A stretch of DNA of 61,004 nucleotides, the filler included. It is 11 parts of 11 records of this genome, joined end to end, with 100 filler letters (N's around TTAATTAATTAA, not from the genome) between each part and the next. Parts side by side here need not be neighbours in the genome. Positions count along the whole stretch, not along the records: positions 41,237 to 47,856 come from SRR7504441_1095; positions 47,957 to 51,919 come from SRR7504441_1096; positions 52,020 to 55,758 come from SRR7504441_1106; positions 55,859 to 61,004 come from SRR7504441_1109; 7 more parts are not named here. The stretch is one strand, 5' to 3'. A model generated the notes under the pieces. It saw only the letters and a program-made list of their open reading frames with translations, was not told where the DNA came from and made no database searches. Positions 47,367 through 59,555 of this stretch are shown here, one piece after another (within the stretch, counting starts at the first letter, position 1; each line of letters begins with the position of its first letter). The position numbers and the translations under genes were made by a program.

Positions 47367-47856
47367 TCATGTGACGCGATTAGCCCGGCTCTTGAGTGAA
47401 CTCCTTCCATGTCGACTTGGCATCCTCGCTGACTGTTTTAAAGAAAGAGCCGAGCTGCGAGGCCTGCCAGCCGGGTCAGCACACGCCAACAATCCGCCAG
47501 CTATACTCACCACAGTCTTTCTGGGCTCCTGCGGAACCAGCCTGGACCCTCCCCCTGAGCCGCAGCAGGCAGCAGCCAGTGACCGGTGCAGCTCGGCCCG
47601 CAGCTGATGATTCTCCTCCTGGGTCCGCCGAACACAATCCCGCATCCGGTCGGCTTCAGCTAGTGTGAGCCCATCGTGCGCCGGCAGGTGCACCGCCACC
47701 AGCCGCTTCCGGACCTGCCCTGGGTGAGCCACCCCGCGCACATCCCACCGTCTGCTTCTCCCTGCCGTCCGGCATCTTCACAGTATAGTACCGCTCCAGG
47801 TCGTCGACGTGTACCCCGCATACCGTCACCACCTCCCCTGTGGGCACATACACCGC
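47367..47856 (-). CDS. Uncharacterised protein, 3' fragment with small beta-barrel motif and coiled coil
   Basis: VTVCGVHVDDLERYYTVKMPDGREKQT followed by spliced exons. Confidence 0.45.
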
Positions 47857-47956
47857 NNNNNNNNNNNNNNNNNNNNNNNNNNNNNNNNNNNNNNNNNNNN
47901 TTAATTAATTAANNNNNNNNNNNNNNNNNNNNNNNNNNNNNNNNNNNNNNNNNNNN
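47857..47956. other. Artificial contig spacer
   Basis: Same 100-nt block. Confidence 0.98.
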
Positions 47957-49032
47957 GGTGGGCGTGGAAGCAGAAGGAGACACAGTACAAGCGCGTCGCG
48001 CTGGAGAGGCGTGACAAGGTCTCCAAAGGCGAGGAGAGCCCCTACCCGCCGCTGCTGGTGTTCCCGGAAGGGACGACGCACAATGATGAGACTTTGATGC
48101 AGTTCAAAAAGGGCGCTTTCATATCAGGTCAGCCGGTGCTGCCTGTGGTGGTAAGATACCCGTACTGCCACTTTGAGGCCTCGTGGACAAACGACATGCC
48201 AGTCTGGGTGATCATCTGGCGGCTGCTCTCTCAGGTGTATAATGTGATGATTGTGGAGTACCTGCCTATACATGTGCCCACCGACGAGGAGAAGGCTGAC
48301 CCCATGCTATATGCCAATAATGTGCGGCTGGAGATGGCAGCGGCGCTAGGGGCCAAGGTGGAGCTCACTGACCACTGCTACGAAGACGCCCGGCTGCTCT
48401 CGGCGGCACAGCGTGCGTATGACTCGGAGTTGAAGGGTCTGGAGGTGACGAATGACATCACGTTCCACGGCCTAGAACAAGCGTTCCATCTTCAAGTCAG
48501 CCAAGTCTCTAAACTGATCGAGCAGTTCCACGCGATCGACCTGAACCAAGACGGCGTGATCAGCCGCGACGAGTTTGCGGCCGCGCTCAATCTAGACGTT
48601 GACTCGCACTTTACGACTAATTTGTTCCGGGTGCTCGACCATGAGGGGACGGATTCTTTTGACTTCCGGACGATGCTGCAAGGGCTCGTTCTGGTCAGTG
48701 GGAGGATCCCTGAAGACCAGAAGCTCGAGCTGATCTTCACGGTGTATGACAGCAACGGCAACGGCTTGGTGGGAGCTCATGAGCTGATGGATATCATTCA
48801 GCGGAAGCCGAGCACTGTCGACCGGCAGACAGGATTGAGGAGGACAAGTACAAGCGATGAGGCGTCGAGACTTGTGTATCAGGTACTGGGTGGCAAGGAG
48901 ACAATCAATCTGGAAGAGTTCAAGCAACGCTCCCGTGAACACCCGGAGCTCTTGCATTATGCGATTGGCGACCTCAGCAAGCTGTTCGCCCCCAAGAACT
49001 CTCAACAACAAACAGAGCTGGATCAATTATGA
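47957..49032 (+). CDS. Lysophosphatidylcholine acyltransferase LPCAT1/2-like with EF-hands (5'-truncated)
   Basis: FPEGTTHN...FKKGAF..GQPVLPVVVRY, YANNVR, EF loops DLNQDGVISRDE and DSNGNGLVGAHE. Confidence 0.9.
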
Positions 49033-49111
49033 TAATGAAGATCGGCAAGACTTGCACGCGGGGTACTTATGGGGTATTAGAATAATTATTTTAATGCAGT
49101 AATGTGATGGA

Positions 49112-49738
49112 CTATAGTCCTGGCCATGGTTCGCCCTCGCATGCATCCTCGGCAGATAACCACATTGCACCGCGGCTGTCCCAATGCAGAAAGAACCGGT
49201 GGTGCAATCCGAACGCGCCTTCACCAAACTTGCCGGAATAGCCGGCAACCCCATCAAGCTCATACTGCGGCGCCTTCCTCCATGTCCGACCGCTGTCGTG
49301 CTTCCAGCCGTTATAGTCCGCGATCTCAGCAGGTGACCATCCCTCAGAGTCCTCTCCCCCAGCCATGCACAGCTGTAGCACTTTCCCTTGTCCTCCATTC
49401 GCACCAGCGCTCTTCCTCACCTCGCGGCCATGGAAGACGCGCACGTTATCAGCGGCCGCAGAGCCCTCGAAATCGCTGTAGCCGGGTATGTCGCGCATCT
49501 GGTCTGCATCCGCATCGAATACCACAGGTTGGCTCGCGGCGGCGGCCCCTTGCTCGGCCACCAGGCTCAGGTGCTCCCGGAGCGCATCCGTTAGCACCAG
49601 CTGGAACTTGTGGCTGCCGCAGAACTTGAAGACCTGGCGGGCATCATGAAGGTCGACCAGGTACTGAGCGATGTTGTGCTTGCCCTCAGGGTCCTTGTAC
49701 CGTGCGTCGCGGTGCGTCGGGTCTGAGAGGTGATCCAT
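49112..49738 (-). CDS. Uncharacterised globular protein, intronless
   Basis: 208-aa ORF with NIAQYLVDLHD, FHGREVR, FGLHHRFFLH...WLSAEDACEG; divergent from G6PD. Confidence 0.7.
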   Translation of the reverse strand: MDHLSDPTHRDARYKDPEGKHNIAQYLVDLHDARQVFKFCGSHKFQLVLTDALREHLSLVAEQGAAAASQPVVFDADADQMRDIPGYSDFEGSAAADNVRVFHGREVRKSAGANGGQGKVLQLCMAGGEDSEGWSPAEIADYNGWKHDSGRTWRKAPQYELDGVAGYSGKFGEGAFGLHHRFFLHWDSRGAMWLSAEDACEGEPWPGL

Positions 49739-49858
49739 GTGTCTATGTGTCTGGTGTCTCCCGCAGTGGTACAGGGCGCAGTACCAGGTGCAGGGTCGTT
49801 GAAATACCGTTAAATCTTACCGGTAACCCGGGACGGCCGGTGGAGATCACCAACAACA
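49739..49858. promoter_or_regulatory. Compact divergent promoter (120 bp) with TAACGG on the minus strand
   Basis: CCGTTA at 49807-49812; GCGCAGTAC at about 49776-49784. Confidence 0.5.
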
Positions 49859-51789
49859 ATGGAGGAAGGTCCTCCGCCGCTCGAACGTCAGTCCTCGCTC
49901 GTGCAACAGGCGGGTGACGAACCCTTCATGAACGAGGGCCTGTCAATAATCGTGCTCGGGGCGTCTGGTGACCTTGCCAAGAAGAAGACCTACCCTTCCC
50001 TGTTCGCGCTGTACTGCCACCAGTTGCTCCCCAGCCACGTGACAATAGTCGGTTTCGCTCGGTCGCCAAAGACCGGTAAGACGCTATTTAGCCGGTAGCT
50101 CGAGCCTCACTGTTTGCGGTTAGATGCTGAATTCCGAGAGGCTATCAGCCCAGGACTCAAGGCCGAGTCGGAAGAGGAGCTCGACCTCAAGCAAGAGTTT
50201 CTAGACCGGTGCTTCTATCGGAAGGGAGCATATGGCTCTATCGAGTCTTTCGGGGCGCTGGCTGGCGAGCTGGAGGCCTGGGAGAGTGAGCAGCGGGTGG
50301 GCCCCACTGTGAACCGGCTGTATTACTTTGCGATTCCACCGAACGTGTTCCTAGAGAACGCCGCTGCAATCAAGGTGGGATGGGCGTGTCCTGGCATTGG
50401 GTTCACTGTGTAACTGTTACAGGAGGTCGGGGAATCGGCCACAGGATGGACAAGAGTGATTGTGGAGAAGCCATTTGGCCATGACTTGGATTCAGCCGAG
50501 CTGCTGGTGGCCGAGATGAACCGGATCTTCCCGGAGGAGCAAATCTACAGAATCGATCATTACCTGGGGAAGGAGATCGTGCAGTCTCTGATGGTGTGTA
50601 AGTGGACACATCTCCGATGGCTGAGTGTGTGCAGATGCTTCGGTTCGGAAACATCTTCCTCGAGCCCCTAATGAATCGGAATTACGTACAATCAGTCACG
50701 CTCACCTTCAAAGAGAACTTCGGCACTATGGGACGGGGCGGCTACTTTGACAATTATGGGATCGTTAGAGATATCATGCAGGTGCTGCTGCAGGCTCAGG
50801 GTATCGCCTGAACTACTGCCTGCAGAATCATCTGATGCAAGTTCTCACTCTGATTGCGTTGGAGCCTCCCGTTACAGTCACCGGCTCTGGTCATTCGGCA
50901 ACCCACATCAGAGATGCTAAGGCATGCACTCGGCCTTGACCTGCGCTCTGACCATGATGCACAGGTTGCCTTGCTAAAAGCGATCTTGCCTGTCAAGTTG
51001 TCAGACATGGTGCTGGGGCAGTATGTCTCAGATGGTGCGGGGAATGAAGGGTGCGTACTGCATGGTGCGTTCCTGATAACAGTATTTGCCTTACAGTTAC
51101 CTGGATGATCCGACTGTCCCCGCTGGATCTCGGACAGCAACCTATGCTATGGCGGTGCTCCGAGTCAACAACACGCGGTGGTCAGGAGTACCTTTCATAA
51201 TGAAGGCCGGGAAGGCTCTAGACGCTAGAAAGGTAGCCCTCTGCAAGCACGTCACAGCTGTAGCCCAAGCCCTCACCTTTATGGGAGTGCAGGCTGACAT
51301 CCGTATCCAGTTCAAGCCGGCACCTGCGCTTAAATGGTTGTTTCAAGGGGCTTCGTTCTCCCAGAACGAGCTGGTGCTTCGGATTCAGCCTGACGAGGCT
51401 GTCTACCTCAAGTGCAACACCAAGGCGCCCGGTCTGCACACCGAGCCAGTCACCTCTGAGCTCGATTTGAGCTATAGAAGCAGGTATGGAGCTCTATTCA
51501 CGTGAGGCTGCTGAGTAAGCTGTACAGGTATAAGGAGATGTACAACCCTGACGCTTACACCCGCCTGCTGCTAGAAGCTCTAAGGCCTAGATCGCAAGGG
51601 ATGTTCGTGCGGAGCGACGAGCTGCTGGAGTCTTGGAGGATCTGGACGCCTGTATTGCATGAGATTGAGACGCAAGGTGTGGAGCCTATCAAATATGCTT
51701 ACGGGAGCCGCGGACCCGCCGAAGGCGATCAACTGGCTGCAGACGCCGGTTATGTCAGGGACACTGATTATGTTTGGAGCACACTGTAG
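49859..51789 (+). CDS. G6PD: Glucose-6-phosphate 1-dehydrogenase, 9 exons
   Basis: [61 protein letters not shown]. Confidence 0.97.
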
Positions 51790-51919
51790 TTAATCGTCAA
51801 CAGAGAATAATTATCAGTTAATTAATAAAAACAAACAACGTTAACGAATAGCAAAAGGAATCATGTCACGCCCATGAAACCATCAAAGATAAGTAGCGCA
51901 ACCAACGAGGAACGATTAG

Positions 51920-52019
51920 NNNNNNNNNNNNNNNNNNNNNNNNNNNNNNNNNNNNNNNNNNNNTTAATTAATTAANNNNNNNNNNNNNNNNNNNNNNNNN
52001 NNNNNNNNNNNNNNNNNNN
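51920..52019. other. Artificial contig spacer
   Basis: Same 100-nt block. Confidence 0.98.
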
Positions 52020-52034
52020 AGCTGTGAGCGTGGG

Positions 52035-52703
52035 ATGATGTCTCACTCACAGGCGATGCAGCGGCCAGCGCTGAAGAAGCTGCTTGTGGACAAGGGCCTC
52101 TGGCACCTGTGTGACAAGGACGGCGACGATCGGCTCACCCCAGCCGAATGGAAAGACTGTAGAGACGCCGCTAGCTTACACATCAGCTGGCACTCGGTGG
52201 CGCCTGGAAAAGCTGATTTGAACCTGGACCGCTTTCTTTCTTGGAGGGAGATTTGCGAAACCTATCCGGAGCAGGTTTGCAGGTTGGCCAAGAAGCACTG
52301 CAGGGCTATCCGGCAGGAGGAGGGGATTGCATTGGCGGAGTGGGATGCGTGCGAGAAGGTAGTGCAGTGGCATCGTTTGGTCGAGGACAGGAATGCTAGC
52401 GACAAGGCCGCTTCGAGCTCTATGTGGTGGGCCGCCGTATCGACAGTGGCTAGCCTGGCGAGCCTAGCAATCGGCATGCTGCAGCATCAGCGCGCGGCCC
52501 AAATGCAACAGGCGCTGCACCAGCAGGCCCTTCAACGCGCCTCGATGCAGCATGCGGCAGCGATGAAACAATCGGAGGATCATGCCGAGAGAGCCCAGTT
52601 GCTCGGGCAGCGCGAGACTGCACTGACGGGTGCTCAGACGGCGATCGGAGCCACCGCGGCACTCGCGAGTGGTGCAGCTGCAGTCGGGTGTGCTGTCATG
52701 TAA
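52035..52703 (+). CDS. EF-hand protein with C-terminal CaaX box (possibly 5'-truncated)
   Basis: DKDGDDRLTPAE, DLNLDRFLSWRE; ends in CAVM*. Confidence 0.6.
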   Translation: MMSHSQAMQRPALKKLLVDKGLWHLCDKDGDDRLTPAEWKDCRDAASLHISWHSVAPGKADLNLDRFLSWREICETYPEQVCRLAKKHCRAIRQEEGIALAEWDACEKVVQWHRLVEDRNASDKAASSSMWWAAVSTVASLASLAIGMLQHQRAAQMQQALHQQALQRASMQHAAAMKQSEDHAERAQLLGQRETALTGAQTAIGATAALASGAAAVGCAVM

Positions 52704-52949
52704 TGATCTTGGCATACTCGTACAAGTTAGTACTTGTAATGGTTATCGTACGAGTACATGTACTATCACGGCGGCAACCGACCTTAGTCCCAGCTAAGTC
52801 CCAGCTTTGATCCCTTCAATCATGCAGACCGATAGACAGCTATAAACGCGTATAAATAAAATTTTATGAGAGAGCAAGTATTAATTTAAAGAGTACGGAG
52901 AGAGATAGCTATTTGCATTGGTTCTCAAATTAATCTTAGGCCTGAGTAA

Positions 52950-55398
52950 CTACTCTGTAAAGTCGCCCGTCTCCGCGCCGGTCGAGTGGTTGGCAAATAA
53001 GAAATTGTAATCAAAGTGTCCTTGCATCGTGTTGCTCCGAGCCCGGGAGCTAGTAAACCCCCACAGCTCGAGCTTGATCAACTCAAACGACGAACTGGTG
53101 AGCGCCCCAGTGTTGTACGTGGCCGAAGCGGCCGACGAGCCATGCTGAAAGTTGCTATAGATATGTATATGTGCCCCTGCGCCCCCGCCGCCGATCATGA
53201 TCCCATCCGAGCTGGCTAATTGGAAGTAATCGTTCGCCTGCCTCAGCTATGAAGCCAACCCAGCGGCACGCAGCACACCTGCGTCCACTCGCCTAGCCTG
53301 AATTGCCCCCCCGGCGACCACGAGAAAACAAAGCTCTCGCCCGTGCCCCGATACCCAGCCTGGTGATCTACCCGCCACGGGCCTGTCGTAAGCGCTCCAA
53401 ACCTGTTGGCTGCCTCGTCCTCACAAAGCAGCAAGGCGATTTCGCCAAAACCATCACTGCACGCCTACCGAGCCCAATAGTCAACCGGGCGCATCCGGAT
53501 TGGGCGCCTTGCGCATGAATGTGCCCTGATTGCTTCCATCGTCGAGCGAATATAGCCGTTCCACAGACCTGCGGTCGCTAAGTTGTGAGTCGAGAGGGCA
53601 CCGCGCACCTGATCTTGAGTCGCGGAGGCAGCATGCTCACCACCTGACTGGCCTGCTCGCTAGTCACAATCTCGCTGTGGTTGAAAAGTGCGTCCATAAG
53701 CTGTTCTCCACCCGACGGGGCCGCCTCTTGGCTGCTGTCTGCATACTGGGCTACTCCGAGGATAACCGAAACAATTTCAGTCGCATCGGCCGCCCTCGCT
53801 GCGATCAGAAAATGAGGCAGCAGCGAGCATCCGGTGATTTGGCGAGTAGATATAGTGATGTGCGCCACGCCAGCCAGATCAAACTTGATACCTTCACAAA
53901 AAGGAATCAACGAGCCGCTAGAGAGAGCCTTACACCTGCTGAGGTCAGGTCCACATTACAAAACCCGTCAGAGGCTGCACGCCACACTGGGTCAATCGAG
54001 CCTGACCACGAGGGCACCGCCGGTCGGGGCGTCTGCGTCCATGAGAAAGCAGGCAGCAATCCCGTCCATGGGTATACGCGTCACTGGCTGAGTATCACCA
54101 TAAGGCCAGAAAATAACCTGCTCAATCGCTCAGCCTGCAGCCACACACTGCACGCGCCTCCTCTCCGGTGATCGCCAGCACACCCGGGTGCAATTGGTCA
54201 AAGTAGCACAGCAACACTACCTTAGCGGCCAGCGGAGGCTGATCCAGGAGCCCGAGCTCCTCCAGTGCGACCACCACAAGTGCCCGGTCCAGCTCACTAA
54301 CCGCCCGTCAGTCCAGCCCGCGCCGGCAGGACCTGTCCTCCCGCTGGAGCGCAGTCGGGCCCTCCTCCACCACCACGAATCCGTCCAGCACCGCAGAGTC
54401 GCCCCGCGCCCGCACTGGGCTTGCGAGGCCCTCCTCCACTGCCGCTCGCTATCAGTGTCAGCTCCCGCCAGCAGGCACCGTTCACTACGGCATCCACCTG
54501 CTCAAACAGCCACTGCGCCATGTGCCGGTGGAACCCGCGCTGGACTGAGACAATCATGCCTGGCTTGAGCTTGGCACCTGCGCGGGCCTCGCGCACTGGC
54601 GGCCTACGGACTCACCGGCTCGCAGGGCGTTCAGCTGCAGGAAATCCTCGATCGGCATCAAGCACTGGTCGGCAACCGAGCAAGGCGTATCCCCGGCCGT
54701 CACCGCGTATGTCTCGGTGGGCCACTTGCTCCGCTCCTTATCTGTATCAAGCCTCACCCGAGCCAGCGCCGCGCCGAGATTCGCAATGAATCCAGGCCAG
54801 GCCTGCTCCGTCAGGGTGCAGAGCGCTGCCGCCAGCAGGGCCTGCGTCCCAGCCAGGCTCAGCCGCGGGTCCTCCGGCGGTCCGCTGGCCGCCTCCAACT
54901 CGCGCAGATATTCGAGCCCGCGCCCCGACAGCAGCGGCCTGTTGACGGTCGCCCAGCAGAGCTGAGTCCCCGTGGGCACGCAGACGAGCAGCTGGTCGTA
55001 CGGCAGCCCGGCCCGGGCTCGGTACACGAAGTCGGCCACGAACCGCTCCCGGGCGGCAAGCTCGTCCGGACCAGCTGGGTGGCGCACTACAGCGTATCGC
55101 TGGGCCGAGGCGAGCAGGTGGAGCCACCCGAGCTGCTCGGGGCATTGCACCGCCACGTGCTGCGCGAGGGTCAGGCGGGGGGGCGCGGCCGGGGCACCTG
55201 GGCGAATTTAGCCAGCAGCGGCGGGTCCTCCAGGCAGGAGGCCAGGTCCGGCGGGGCTGGAGGATCCCTGGAGGGCCGACGGCGGTGGGGCGAGTAGGGA
55301 TTCTTTTTATCGCGCTCGTCGGATCGTCTGCGCGGCCGCTTTGGCTCGCCGATCAGCAGAGAGAGTCCCTCCTTGGCCGCGCTGGCCGCCGACTTCAT
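52950..55398 (-). CDS. OXR1/NCOA7-like LysM + TLDc protein with N-terminal RGS-like domain
   Basis: YAVTAGDT...LN...LKPGMIV (LysM); YRGTGESFVF, MIGGGG, TYNTGAL...LELWGF (TLDc); multi-exon. Confidence 0.75.
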
Positions 55399-55460
55399 GC
55401 CGCCCTTTGGGAAATCGTGTGGATGAAGAGAGATCGAATTCACGATTCGGGCATGCATGC

Positions 55461-55758
55461 ATGGCCATGAACCCGATGAACCAGCCGATCGCGCTCTTGC
55501 CTGTCGCCACTGCCTGGCCGGCACCACGTAGCGAGGCTGAGGCTCTGCAACAGCTCGGATACAGCCCGGACACAGCCGAGCTTGCGGTGTACCGCCGGGT
55601 TACGCTGTACAACGCCGGGCCAGTACCTCATTGTGAAGCAACGGAAGCAACAAAAACTAAAGCTCTGATCTCATTGCTGAAACTGCTGAAACTGGTAAGC
55701 GCTGTCACTGCCACGACGGGCCGGTCCTCGACCACGTCTCTCATCATGGTGCCGCCTC
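55461..55758 (+). CDS. Uncharacterised protein, 5' fragment
   Basis: Open frame to the contig end, divergent from the TLDc gene. Confidence 0.4.
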
Positions 55759-55858
55759 NNNNNNNNNNNNNNNNNNNNNNNNNNNNNNNNNNNNNNNNNN
55801 NNTTAATTAATTAANNNNNNNNNNNNNNNNNNNNNNNNNNNNNNNNNNNNNNNNNNNN
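55759..55858. other. Artificial contig spacer
   Basis: Same 100-nt block. Confidence 0.98.
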
Positions 55859-56028
55859 TCCTGCGAGCTTGGAATTGAAATGAAGGGCTGTTGACTCGAT
55901 TGAAGCGCTCGCTCGTATTGAATGCGGGTGCCTCGGGAGTAGCTCAGGGCTTCAGTATCTATACAAGAAACTTACTCTAGCAGCAGAGCAGCAGCAGAGC
56001 TACGTAAAGTATACGTACGTAAAGGGTC

Positions 56029-58787
56029 TTAGCTGCTCAGCTTCTTTTGGAGCGCGTCGATCTTATTCTGCAGCAGGACGCTCACATCGCTGGCGGCGGC
56101 TTGAGCCGGGGCTAGAGCCGGGGCGGGCGCAGGCGGCTCGATCGGCTTCTGGTCTAGTTGCCCGATGATCTTGCGCTGCAGCCTGGCCATCTCGGCGTAA
56201 AGCCCCTCGCTGCTCTCCGGGGCCGGCTCGCCCGGCTGCGAGACTTTTAGCGCCTGTCCTGCCGGTCAGGGTGAGCCGCCGGGACGGGCTGCCTGGTCTA
56301 TCTGGGCGCGGACTTGGTCCAGGTCGGCGAGCGGGCTGCGGGCTGGCTTGGCGATGCTCAGCTTGCCCTCGAGGTCGGTCAGCTTTATCTCAGAGCTTCG
56401 GCTGTGCTGGAGCATTTGAGCCAGCTGCAAGTCCTTCTCCTCGAGTAGCCGCCTGAGCGAGGCCGCGATCTCGAATGCCGACTGCAGCTTGTGCTCGGAC
56501 TCGACGCTCTGGCGCTCGATCGCGGCTGTTGACTCGGCCAGCGCCTTCTCGACGTCGGACAGCTGCTCGATCTTCTGTTGGAGGGCCTGCTTGATCGCTT
56601 GGTTCCGCTGCTCGATTGCGTTGAGCTCGATCGTGTGCTGGACCTGCCCGGGCTCGAGCCAAGCCAGCTTAGGCCGCACCCTGGCCTGCTCGAGCCGCTG
56701 GTCGGCCTGCTCAACCACCCGGTCGGCCTGCTGCTGCCGCTGCTCAAGATGGGCGAGCTGCTGCTCTAGCAGGCTCGTCTGCTGCTCGGCCGCCCGCTCC
56801 CTTGCCACCGACTGCTCTAGCACACTCTGCTGGTCGAGCAAGGCCTGCTGGCTCGCCTGGGCCTCCGCCTGGGCCTCCGCCAGCTGCCCAGTCAGCCGGT
56901 GCATCTGCTCCACCTGCCAGGCTGCTCAGCTACACGGTGTGCTGCCAGCTCAAGCTTGCCCAGCTCGGCGAGTAACCCTAACCCTAAAGTGTGCTACCAG
57001 CTCGAGCTTGCCCAGCTCGGCGTGTGCCACACGCTGCTGCTCGCCCGCCGCCCTTGCCTCGAGCGCGCCCGCCCGCTGGCTGCACCGGCGCCAGCTCCAG
57101 TGCACCCAGGCCGCCAGCCCGCGCCGGAGCCCGGACAGCCCGGCCCGGCCGCGCACCACCTCCGCCGCCCCGTCCATCCGGCCGCGCTTGGTGCGCTGCT
57201 GCTGCCAGCCCCTGAGCGCGCCCTCGAGGCTCTTCCTCCGAGGCCGGGCCCTCGACCAGCTCGCCCGCTCCGCCCGGGCATGCCGTCGCTCCACCGCCGC
57301 CCAGTCCGCCCAGCCCCGGATAGCCGCCTTCCGCTGCCGGTGCTCCGCCCAGTCGGCGGCCCGCTCCTCCCGGGGCCGGTAGTACCGGTCGGCCACTCGC
57401 TGGTGCGGCTGCTCGAGGTCTGTCAGCCAGAGCGGCGAGCCCGGCCCGGTCCGCTCGCGCCGGGCGTTGATCGCGCCGAGCACGAACCTGTTCATGAACT
57501 TGCGCAGAGTGGCCCGGACTGCAAACTGGTCGGCCAGCCGCTGCTTGTGCTCCCAGATCTGCTGCTCGGCCTCGTCGAGCGCATCGGCGCTCCTGGACCG
57601 GCTGCGCTGGGCGGCCAGCTGGCGGTGGAGCGAGAGGATCTGGTGCTCTGCCTCGGCCACGTTCTGCTTGTTCTGTGTGGCGTGCCGCTCGAGCCTGGCT
57701 TGGAGCTGCTGGTTGGCTCTCTGCTGAGACTCAAGTTGCTGCTCGAGCTCCAGGCACCGTCCGGCCAGCTGCTCGTCCGCAGGCTTGGCCGCCGGCCGCT
57801 GGCGCAGCTGGGGCCTCGGCTGCGGCGAGGGTGAGTTGCTGCTCGAGCGCAGCCGCGGCTCCGGGGTGGCCACCACCCGCGGCACAGGGCTGGCTGGCAC
57901 CCACTCCGAGGCCGGGGCTCTCGGCCGGGCGGCGGGCGGCTGACGGGCGGGCCGGGCGGCGAGCAGGCCGTCGATCTGGTGCTGCTGCTGCTCGATGAGC
58001 AGCGCGAAGGCCGCCGCCCAGGACTGCTCGATCGGGACTTGCCTCGGCTTGGCGCCCGGGCTGGGCTGGCGCTGGTAGACCGCCTGGCTGCTCCCGCTGT
58101 TCAGCAGCCGGTACTGCTTGCGCCAGAGCTCTCGCACTTGGCTGTTGATCGAATCCATCAGAAGCCACGGCTTGTCGGCCTCAAACTTGCCTTGGCCGGC
58201 CCGGCGGACCAGCTCGCCCAGCTCGACCCCCGGGCCCGACTTCTCCAGCTCGAGCAGCAGCCAGGCGTTGTTAAAGGCCACCGCGCGCACCTCCTCCTCC
58301 CTGGCGATCACCTGTTGGCTGATCGCCCGCTCCCCGGGCTTGATCGGCACGCCGTCCAGCTGCTCGAGCTGCGGCAGCAGCGCCATCACGTAGTGCCGGT
58401 AGTTTGGCATCTCGGCCACCGGGTTGCCTGCCCAGCCTCGAGCCGCCAGCCGGCAGCCGGCGCACCGGCCAAGTTGAGCGCTCGGAGCTGCGAGAGATCA
58501 GCCAGCTGCCGGAGCTCGGACACCCGGCCGACGCAGTTGTGGTTGAGCGAGAGCGACCTTAGCCGTTTGAACTGGGTTAGCCCGTCGAGCCGGCTGATCT
58601 TGTTGTTGCTCAGCAGCAGAGAGGACACACCCTCGGCCCCAGCCACCCGGTCCAGCTCCTCCAGCCCCTGCCCCCCCTGAGCCGGGCCCGACCCAACCGG
58701 CCGCGCCTGCTGCACCGCGCTGATCCGGGACCCCGGGGCCGCTCTGACCAGGGCGCTCAGCTTGACCCCCGGCACCGGCATCCTCAT
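56029..58787 (-). CDS. SDS22-type LRR + coiled-coil protein (centrosome/basal-body type)
   Basis: LLLSNNKISRLDGL, LSLNHNCV, NPVAEMPNYRHYVMALLPQLEQLDG (LRR cap); long Q/E coiled coils; multi-exon; stop TAA at 56029-56031. Confidence 0.8.
56937..57022. repeat. Interstitial telomeric (CCCTAA) insertion between 34-bp direct repeats
   Basis: GTGTGCT(G/A)CCAGCTC(A/G)AGCTTGCCCAGCTCGGCG at 56937-56970 and 56989-57022 flanking AGTAACCCTAACCCTAAA. Confidence 0.85.
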
Positions 58788-58873
58788 CAAGCTTCTGTCA
58801 GTGCTCACAACACCATTTCAACTTCAACAAAAAGCCGTTGTTGGAGCTGTCAGCCGGCTGTGTGGTGAGCCGA

Positions 58874-59315
58874 ATGGGAGAGCGGAGCCGGAAGGAGGTG
58901 TTGTGTTTATTAGGGTCGGGCGATCGGGGCGGGGCAGACGCACGATTACCTCAAGGCCCAGCAGTGCGAGCTCCTGGTCCAGGTGACTCACCCTCACCCC
59001 TGACCTAACCGGGCACCGCAGGACTGCCTGACCGCCCTGGTCAACGAGCCCACCCTCCCGGCCAGCGCCGCCGAGTACATGGTGCCCCGGCCAGGAGCCG
59101 CCCCCAGCCCGCCCCGACAGGCCCGCTACTTCGCCGCCCAGGCCAACTCGTCCGCCAGCCCCGCCGGCCCCGCCGCCGCACCCGCTGCCAGTCGCGCGAC
59201 TGGCCCGTGCGCAGCAGGAGTGCCCACCCACCCGCCGGCCGAGCCCGGAACGACCGGGCACTACGCCGCGGCCGCTAGTTTGTTCAGCTACCACGCGGCA
59301 GCTCGCAAGGCCTAA
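58874..59315 (+). CDS. Small Dpy-30/RIIa-like docking-domain protein, micro-exons
   Basis: Spliced MGERSRKE/THDYLKAQQCELLVQ/DCLTALVNEPTLPASAAEYM/ARYF fits the D/D pattern YL...L...L...P....Y..YF. Confidence 0.55.
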
Positions 59316-59555
59316 GCCCGGGGAGAGGAGCCACTGCAACTATTAAAATGCACAAGGTACGGCAGTACTAAGCTCACTGACTAAGCTTATACAGTACTTA
59401 TACAGTACGTAGCGCGCCCTCCGTGCGCATACAACCAGCTGCGTCGACTGAGCCACGGAATGTACTCCTCAGCGGCGGGTTTCCTAATTTTATTGCACTA
59501 CGACCGCACGTAATAATTTATCAATAATCATGTGCACAGTAAATCATCTGCTCTC

